DNA of 64,000 bases from the human T2T-CHM13v2.0 reference genome, Homo sapiens. Positions 55,530-64,000 of the stretch are shown in pieces (within the stretch, counting starts at the first letter, position 1; each line of letters begins with the position of its first letter). The stretch lies in assembly GCF_009914755.1 (NCBI RefSeq), contig NC_060932.1; one strand, written 5' to 3'. The notes beneath the pieces are model-generated. The model searched no databases. It was not told where the DNA came from and saw nothing but the letters and a program-made list of their open reading frames with translations. The position numbers and the translations under genes are program-made.

Positions 55530-58500
55530 AGGAATCTATTTGTTATAGTAATGGAATGAAAGAGATTTTTCTTTCTAAAATTGATATTAAAAACACAAAA
55601 GCCATGAGTTTAAATAATAGAATAATGATTTCCTAAGTTAAAAACAAAGTTCTTGAACAGACTGTAACAAATCAGACTGGGAAGTATACTTGTGATATCT
55701 GTGACACAGTACTTTTAAGCCTAACTTTAAAAATAATGTAAACAACTCCTTCAAATTGATAATAAGGAACCTAATTTTAAAATGTGCAAAAAACAGTTAA
55801 TGGAGAGTAGTATGAATATTTGATAAATACATTGGCTCTGTCTCACTTAGAATAAAAATAAATCTGGGAGATGCCTTTTACATCAGATCTGTGAGGATCA
55901 CAAATGTACACTGTGTTGACAAAGGGTGGGGCAATATTCACACTCATACACTGGGTAGAACTGCAAATTAATAAATTGGTATGATAGTTTTCAAGGGCAA
56001 TTTAGTATTATCCGAATTTTAAATGCATCTATTTTTGACAAGAACATTTTATTTTTAATAATTTACCCTACAGACATATTTTCATGTGTTCCTAAGAAAG
56101 TGTGTCTGAAGTTAGCAATAGCCTCACAATAACAAAGAAGTGAAAATACTGCAAATGTTGATCAGTATGTGTCTGGTTAACCAAATCAGATAGTCACAAT
56201 GGAATACTGTGGAGCTGTGTATTAGTCCATTTTTATACTGCTTTGAAGAAATACCTGAGACTGGGTAATTTATAAAGGAAAGAGGTTTAATGAATTCACA
56301 GTTCCACATGACAGGGGAGGCCTCACAATCATGGTAGAAGGTAAAAGAAGAATAAAGGCACACCTTACATGGCAAAAGCCAAGAGAATGTGTGCAGGGAA
56401 ACTGCCCTTTATGAAACCATGAGACCTCTTGAGAATTATTCACTATCATGAGAACAGCAAGAGAAAAACTTGCCCCCATGATTCAATTACCTCCCACCAG
56501 GTCTCTCCCATGACACATGGGTATTATGGGAGCTACAATTCAAGATGAGATTTGGGTGGGAACACTGCCAAATCATATAATTCCATCCCTGGCCCCTCCC
56601 AAATCTCATGTCCTCACATTTCAAAACCCATCATGCCTTCTCAACAGTCCCCCAAAATCTTAATTCATTTTAGCATTAACTCAAAAGTCCACAGTACAAA
56701 GTCTCATCCGAGACAAGGCAAATCCTTTCTGCCTATGAGCCTGTACAATTAAAAAAAAAAAAAAAAAACTTAGTTGCTTCGCAGATACAATGGGAGTACA
56801 AACACTGGGTAAATACATCCATTCCAAATGGGAAAAATTGGCCAAAATGAAGGAGCTAAGGGACCCATGCAAGTCTGAAATCCAGCAGGGCAGTCAAGTC
56901 TTAAAGCTCCAAAATTATCTCTTTTGACTCCATGTCTCATATCCAGGTCATGCTGATACAAGAGGTGGGTTCCTATGGTCTTGGGCAGCTCCGCCCCTGT
57001 GGCTCTGCATGGTACAGTCCCCCTTTCAGCTGCTTTCATGGGCAGGTATTGAGTGTCTGCAGTTTTTCCATGAATACAGTGCAAGCTGTATGGGGGTCTA
57101 CCATTCTGGGGCCTTGAGGACAGTGGCCCTCTTCTCACAGCTCCACTAGGCAGTGCCCCAGTGGGGACTCTGTGTGGAGCTCCCACCCCACATTTCCCTT
57201 CTACCCTATCTTAGTAGAGGTTCTCCATAAGGACTCTGCCTCTGCAGTGCACTTCTTCCTGGGCATCTAGGCATTTCTACATATCCTCTGAAATCTAGGT
57301 GGAGGTTCCCAAACTTCAATTCTTGACTTCTGTGCACCACAGGCCTAAAACCACATGTAAGTTACCAAGACTTGGGGCTTGCACCCTCTGAAGCAATGGC
57401 CCAAGCTGTACATTGGCCCTTTCTAGTCATGGCTGGGATGCAGGGCACCAAGTCCTGAGACTGCACAAAGCAGCAAGGCCCTGGGCCTGGCCCATTATAC
57501 CTTTTTGCCTCCTAGGCCTCCTAATTTGTGATGGGAGGGGCTGCCATGAAGACCTCTCACATGCCCTGGAGATATTTTCCCATTGTCTTGGTGATTAACA
57601 TTTGGCTCCTCATTACTTATGCAAGTTTCTGCAGCCAGCTTGAATTTCTCCTCATAAAATGGGTTTTTGTTTTGTATTGCATCATCAGACTGCAAATTTT
57701 CCAAACTTTTATGCTCTGCTTCCCTTTTACATAGAAGTTCCAATCCATACCATATATTTGTGAATACATAAAACTGAATGCTTTTAAGAGCACCCTATTC
57801 ACATCTTGAACACTTTGCTGCTTAGAAATTTCTTCTATGAGATATCCTAAATCATCTCTCTCAAGTTCAAAGTTCCACAGATCTCTAGGGCAGGGGCAAA
57901 ATGCTGTTAGTCTCTTTTCTAAAACATAGCATGACTCACCTTTATTCCACTTTCCAAAATGTTCCTTGTCTCCATCTGAGACCACCTCAGACTGGACTTC
58001 GTTATTCACATCACTATTAGTATTTTGGTCAAAGCCATTCAACAAGTATCTAGGAAGTTTCAATTTTCAAACTTTTCCACACTTTCCTGTCTTTTTCTGA
58101 GCCCTCCAAGCTGTTCCAACTTCTCCCTGTTACCCTTCCAAAGTTGCTTCCACATTTTCAGGTATCCTTATAGCATTACCCCACTCTACTGCTACCAATT
58201 TACGGTATTAGTCCATTTTCACACTGCTATGAAGAAATACCCAAGGCTGGGTAATTTATAAAAGAAAGAGGTTTAATGGACTCACAGTTCCACATGGCTG
58301 GGGAAGCCTCACAATCATGGTGGAAAGTGAAGGAAAAGCAAAGGCTGTTAACAGAATGAGGTAGATTCAAATGTGCTGATGAAGAAAAAAACTCCAAGAA
58401 ATATTATTCAGTGAGCAAAATAAGATGCAAAATAATACATAGCATATGCCTCATCTAAATACTGATATGTGCATTCAAGCTTTTCTGAAAAGATGCCTAC

Positions 58501-58640
58501 AAATCCAGTACCACTAACTGCATCTACAGAAGGAGAAAGTAGATTAGAGATGGGGACATAATTTACTTTCTATAGCATTTTCAGCACTTCTTAGCTTTTC
58601 AGAAAAGTCATATTTATGTATTATTATAATTTTTAGATAA
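55530..58640 (+). mobile_element. L1ME-type 3' region, split by THE1
   Basis: ggaatactgtggagctg (to 56217) rejoins ttaacagaatgaggtagat (from 58348). Confidence 0.7.
56218..58344 (-). mobile_element. THE1C/D-like MaLR provirus: 3' LTR 56218-56580, internal 56581-58203, partial 5' LTR 58204-58344
   Basis: Two directly repeated LTR segments (tattagtccatttt...tactgct...gaagaaatacc) around about 1.6 kb of THE1-int. Confidence 0.95.
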
Positions 58641-58682
58641 AAATTAAATATTTTGATCAGTATTATATAAAACTTGTTTTAG

Positions 58683-59003
58683 TTTTTTTTTTTTTTTTTT
58701 TTTTTTTGAGACAGAGTCTCGCTCTGTAGCCCTGGCTGGATGGAGTGCAGTGGTGCGATCTTGGCTCACTGCAAGCTACGCCTCCCGGGTTTGTGCCATT
58801 TTCCTGCCTTGGCCTCCTGAGTAGCTGGGACTACAGGTGCCTGCCACCATGCCTGGCTAATATTTTTTTTTTTTTTGTATTTTTAGTAGAGACGGGGTTT
58901 TCACTGTGTTAGCCAGGATGGTCTCGATCTCCTGACCTCATGATCCGCCTGCCTCGGCCTCCCAAAGTGCTGGGATTACAGACATGAACCACCATGCCCA
59001 GCC
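58683..59003 (-). mobile_element. AluY-like (CpG-decayed)
   Basis: gcaagct, gccatt and gtgttagccaggatggtctcgatctcc diagnostics. Imperfect TSD taaaact..tagttt. Confidence 0.9.
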
Positions 59004-60307
59004 TAAAACTGTTCTTAGTTTTATAGGTTCTTAGATTCTTGCATCTGTTTGACAGTGGGGTTCCCTAACAACTTAATGGCTGAAATACTTCCCTGAGCTG
59101 CTTTGGGTCTCTGCTTCAAACATGAACTGGCCATGATTTGGCACCCTCTGTTTTGGTTTACTCATTTTGTTCTTGCCTGTAGGCAATGCCCTGCATCATC
59201 TGTTTTGCTTTCCAATTTCTGTGACCTCCTGGCTTTCTGCCTGCACTTTGCCTCTCCCATGACTTCCTGTTTTCAGGTGCTCCATGGCTTCCTAGTGTGC
59301 GTAGTACTTTTCTGATTTGTTGATAAGCCTTATAAATCCTGTGCTCTCTTAGATTCCTATTTGCCTGGTTCTTGAGCACATGTTTTCTTTCTCCTGAGTG
59401 GATTTTTAATGGAATGTTTGTTCATCCTTCTTTCTAGCTCTCTTTGGCTATCTCATTCTCACACCTCCCTCATCACCTTTTTCTTGGGCACGTGCATTTC
59501 TTTTTCTCCTAGGGTTGAGCACAGATCTAACTTGAATAATTAAAGGAAGCTTTGTGTAATGAAAGCCAAAGCAGAAAGGAACAAAAGACTTTTAGCATGT
59601 AATAGAAGGGAATAGTGAACATGGAGGCAGAGGGAGTCATTTTTGGGGTGTAAGAGTCGATTATCTTTCTTGTCCCCTGGGCCGTTCGTTAGGGTGGCTT
59701 TACTTTGTTAATCCTGCACTTTGTAGAAAGGACAGAAAGTACCCCATAGCTCCATGCATGTGGGTAGGACAGGGGCATGTGGAAGGGAATAATTGCAAGC
59801 CTAGGAAGTAGGAGAGAAGAGGGTGGGGTCTGGGGGTGGGAGGTGGGGAGCAGAGGGCAAGACAAAGACTCTTGGGAAGCACAGGCTTCCTTAAGAAGGA
59901 TTTAGCTATGATTCACCCATGGACAGTACAGATTTGAGAAAGAAAGGCCGCTTCCCCTCAGGAGGACCCAGCAGGGAGAAGATCCAGCCCTATTAGTTCA
60001 TTTCCTCCTTCCCCTCCCAGAGGCCATCCTCTGCCTGGATTGCAGTAGGGACTTGTCCTGGATAACAGGAGAGCCATTCTAAATGCTCACCTGGATTCTT
60101 CACATTGGACTGCAGTGGACCATGTCACCCTACTCTTTGAATATTAGGATTATGGTAAGGGGTTGCAGATATTCTGATACATCTTTTTTCATAATAATTG
60201 ATAATAGCAGTTAAGAATGCACATTCTTCTTGACATTGCTGAACTTTGCTTGAGCCGTGTGCTCCTGGAAAACAGTGACAGCTAAAAAATCCCCCTATCC
60301 CTTATGA

Positions 60308-61516
60308 TACTAAAAGCATAAGCAGCAAAAGTAGAAATAGATAAATATGACTATATGAAAATTAAAAACATCAAAGGACACAATCAACAGAGTAAAGAGG
60401 CAAGCTATGGAATGAAAGAAAATATTTGCAAATAATATATCTAATAAGGGATTGATAACTGGAATGTGTAAAGAACTCCTACAACCCAACAATAAAAAAA
60501 CAAACACCCTTATTAAAAAGTGACAAAAGACTTGAGTAGACATTTCTCCTAAGAATATATACAAATGGGAACAAGCCCCTGAAAAACGACTCAACATCAT
60601 TAATCACCTGGGAAATAAAAATCAAAATGACAGTGAGATGCCACCTCACATCTGTTAGTATGGTTGCTATCAAAAATCCAGAAAGTAATACAGTGTTGGT
60701 GAGCATGCCGACAATGTGAAACTGATAAAGAAACTTTCCTTGACCAGACTTTAAGCAGGTTCCCCTGAATCTTCTTCTCAAATAGGTCTAGACTTTGGAT
60801 TTCTGTGTTCATCTTTGTATCATCCAGTTTTAGCAAGAATCTTGCTGTCGGTTGAGCAAGAATCCCTTCCTTGGTACCTGATCACCCTCAATATGTGATC
60901 GCCTTTGATACATGATTAAATTCTTCATTTCCCACCATCCCTCACATTATATCTAAACATACCCTGCCCTACTTTTAGCAAGAATCCTGACAAATTGGTT
61001 TATCTGGAATCTCCTTTACCCTTGATGTTTCCTCTTAGTAATTTTCCATCCACTTAGCCTCATGCTGCTCCTTGGCTGGAAACTCCTACTTGTCCATGCC
61101 ATATTCTGAATCAAGCCTATCTCTATACTGAGATCTCTTTTTCCCTATTGTAATAGTTCCTTAAAAGGTTTTAACTACCTTCAGGCTCTGGTTTCCTTTA
61201 ACAGAATCATTGTGCACTGCTGGTGGTCTAGCCACTGTGGAAAAGATTTTGGAGGTTCCTCAAAAAATTAAACATAGAATTACCATATGATCCAGCAGTT
61301 CCGAAAGAATTGAGTATATACCCAGAAGAATTGAAGGCAGGGTTTCCAAGAAATATTTGTGCATCCATGTTCATAGCAGCATTATTCACAATAGGCAAAA
61401 TGTGGAAGCAACTGATGTGTTCATTGATGTGTTCATGGATGCGATAAATAAAATGTGGTATATACATACAATGAAACACTATGTAGCCTTAAAAAGAAAT
61501 TCTGACACATGCTACT
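60308..61516 (+). mobile_element. L1MA/MB-type ORF2 end and 3'UTR, split by MER31
   Basis: caatcaacagagtaaagaggcaagctatggaatg...catagaattaccatatgatccagca...tctgacacatgctac. Confidence 0.85.
60723..61203 (+). mobile_element. MER31-like (ERV1) solo LTR
   Basis: tgataaagaactttccttgaccagacttta...repeated ttttagcaagaatc...ctttaaca. Confidence 0.8.
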
Positions 61517-62116
61517 GATGGCATCAACAGCCTATCTGTAGAGGCCACTGTCAAGACACTGGCTGCAGTGGGGGAGGTGCGGCCAGGGCTGCGTGCTCCA
61601 TGGAGCCAGTGGGAGCTGGGAACAGGTGGGATCCCCACCCCCTTCCAAGTTGGCAGGGCGGGAACCCCACCTTCTCAGCCACAGATGCAGCCGTCCAGCC
61701 ATGTCTGTGGACCCAGGCATCCTTGCAGTCTCAGAGGACTAGAAAGCCCTTCTGCCCCCATGGACTTGGAAGTGCCTGCTCCCACTGCCTGGCTTCTCCC
61801 TGCTCCCAGCACCCACTCTGACTTCGGAGGAAAGTTGAGGCAGAGCCTGGGTACTGTCACAACCCAGCCAGGTGTGCGCACACTTGGGGCAGTGCTGACA
61901 TGCTAGCCCCCTGCTGCCTCAGCCCCCTCTGGACTTCGGACACTGATAAGCACAGGAGATAGGGTAAGGGTGAGTTAAGGGTGGCTCAGCACAGGCCTAT
62001 TCCTCAGCAGGAACAGCCTGGGTGCCATGGATGACATGATAGATGGTGGCAGGAGGCAGACAGGCTACTGGGCAGAAAGGGGCAGGTCCCCGGTGAAGCC
62101 CCACCTTCAAATCAGG
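61517..62116 (+). mobile_element. MER52-type LTR, first 600 bp, interrupted
   Basis: tgatggcatc...ggctgcagtgggggaggtgcggccagggctgc; homologous to the reverse complement of about 63075-63670. Confidence 0.85.
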
Positions 62117-63670
62117 TGACATGGGATCCTTGAGGTGTTGCTTCACCAGCTAGAAACTCTGTGGCTGGTGGTGCCTTCTCCCTGAGTATTGCTCACTCCC
62201 TCTGGGCTCGTTCCACACACTCTACCCACAGGCTGTGCTCAGCTTGTGCTACTGGCCCAGATCACACATCTCTGCCAAGGGCAAGCCAGGCATGGAGTGG
62301 TAAGGAGTGTGTGGGTGAGCTAGCATGGAGTCTGGGCACTATGCACAGGCAGGCATGCTGTCTACTGTGGCAGGGTGGGTGGCTCCAGGTGCTGGCTCCG
62401 TGCAAGACTGCAACTGGACCAGATGTACTGCATGTGGCTTCTGCTGTGGGCACCCACATCTGGATGAGGGGAATGTGGTAGCAGCAGAAGTTTGGAGATC
62501 CCAGGAACTGCAGAGCCCCTAAAGAGGGTGTCATAGCCTACAGCCCTGGCTCAGAGAGCCCCCAGGTATGGACTCCCCAAAGGGCCGCAGCTCTTCTCTC
62601 CTTCTTGTTGCTGCAATGTGGTGAGCAGGGAGGGGTGGTGGCATGTTTCAGCTCTGTTTGTGTTATAGCTGTTTCAGTCCCATCATTTGGCAGGTCCCAA
62701 GTTCTTGTCCCACATCCAGGAAGAATGAGGTACATAGACAACTGGAGGGTGAGCAAGGCAAAGAGGGGCTTCACTGAGTGACAGAACAGCTCTCAGGAGA
62801 CCCAATATGAGTAACTCATTTCTACAGGCAGGTCATCCCATGTCTGTGTAGCTCTCAGCAGCAAAGAGATCTGGAGTGGATAATTCCTATCCACAGGCAG
62901 GTTGCCTGTCATCTGCTGGAATGTGGCTGAGTCCAGGGTTTTTATGGGCTTCAGAGGGGAGGAAGTGCCTGCTGATTGGTCCATGGGTGGCCATGGGCAG
63001 GCACAGAAAAAGCACCATAAGTTCTCACTCCTGTCCATGGAACTGACAGCACAGCCTCCAGGCTTCAGGCTGTCTCTGGCTTGAAGATGGGGCTTCGCTG
63101 AGGACCTGTCTGTTCTCACCCAGGAGCCTGTCTGCCTCCTGCCATCATCAGCCTGCAGTCCATGGTGCCCATAATGCCCAGGATGTTTGTGCCAAGGGGT
63201 CCTTGCAGGCCCCTGCTGAGCTGCCGTCAGCACCCCCTTGGCCTCCCATTCATGCTCTTGGTGCCCAAGGTCCTGAGAGAGCCAAGGTGGTGTGAGGCTG
63301 GCACGTCAGTGTGGCCCTGAGTGTGTGCACACCTGGCCGGGTAACAATAGCACCCAGGCTTAGCTTCAACTTTGCTCCGAAATCGGAGCAGATTCCAGGA
63401 GTGGGGAGAGGCCAGGCAGAGGGAGCAGGCATTTCTGAGCCTGTGGGGGCAGGGGTATTCCTGGGCCCTCAAGAGCACAGGGATGCCTGGGTTTGCAGCT
63501 GCGGCTGGGCAGCTGCAGCTGCATCCAGGAGGGTGGGGTTCCCATCCAACCAGCTCAGAAGGGGACAGGGCTCCTGACTGTTCCCAGCTCCGGCTGGCTG
63601 CATGTTCCATAGATGGCAGTGGTGGTCTGTCTTGGCAGTGGCCACTCTAGACAGGCCACCACTGCCATCA
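62117..63670 (-). mobile_element. Complete MER52-type LTR (3' LTR of a minus-strand provirus)
   Basis: Minus strand TGATGGCAGTGGTGGCC...CAAGGATCCCATGTCA, about 1.55 kb and GC-rich. Confidence 0.88.
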
Positions 63671-64000
63671 ATCCCCGCTCTAAAGAGGTATATCTAACTA
63701 CCATTAGTACAGGGACGATGACCACTCTTAACCTCTTCATGCACACAGGGTACATTGTTTTGGGGAAAATGACTGTTAGCTCTCTCTCTCAGAGGCTTAT
63801 CTAAGGGTCCCTTGTACAAAGGGAACCATCATCCGAGGCTCCAGTTGCATGACTGCTTGGAGTTTGATGGCCTCTTGGTGACAAGAAACATATTTTACAA
63901 GAAGGTTAAGTATGTGAAGGAAAAAAATCTAGTTCCAAATACAACAGAGATAAGAATTAAAATAAACTAATCATTCTGAAAACAATGTTGTGACTAAATT
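63671..64000 (-). mobile_element. ERV1 internal sequence (MER52-int-like), PPT end; runs off the window
   Basis: Minus-strand purine tract TTTAGAGCGGGGAT immediately precedes the LTR's TG. Confidence 0.7.

Noticed and set aside
61517-63670. GC-rich ORF-dense region as a gene or CpG island
   Set aside because: It is MER52 LTR sequence with depleted CpG; overlapping ORFs on both strands reflect GC content.

Overview
Primate genomic DNA, almost certainly human because it carries an AluYb8. It is AT-rich, intergenic or deep-intronic, and dominated by interspersed repeats. I recognise no host protein-coding exon, RNA gene, CpG island or CRISPR array. Every recognisable protein fragment in the ORF track is transposon-derived (L1 ORF1/ORF2, a Tigger7-type transposase piece, Alu read-through). 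Layout: 1-19 kb is a nested stack of minus-strand L1s, including a full-length decayed L1PA6/7-like element, with two independent HERV-H solo LTRs, THE1, MLT2A, LTR8, a MER4-group LTR and four Alus. 19-52 kb is mostly unique sequence with old MIR/L2/MaLR/DNA-transposon fragments and a few candidate regulatory or cryptic-exon sites. 52-64 kb is old L1 with a THE1 provirus missing its 5' U3, a MER31 LTR, and a MER52 element inserted in reverse into another MER52 LTR, with a fold-back hairpin at its terminus. Subfamily calls come from recalled consensus sequences and need RepeatMasker/Dfam confirmation. I found no convincing new biological system. The findings are structural oddities and testable regulatory hypotheses.
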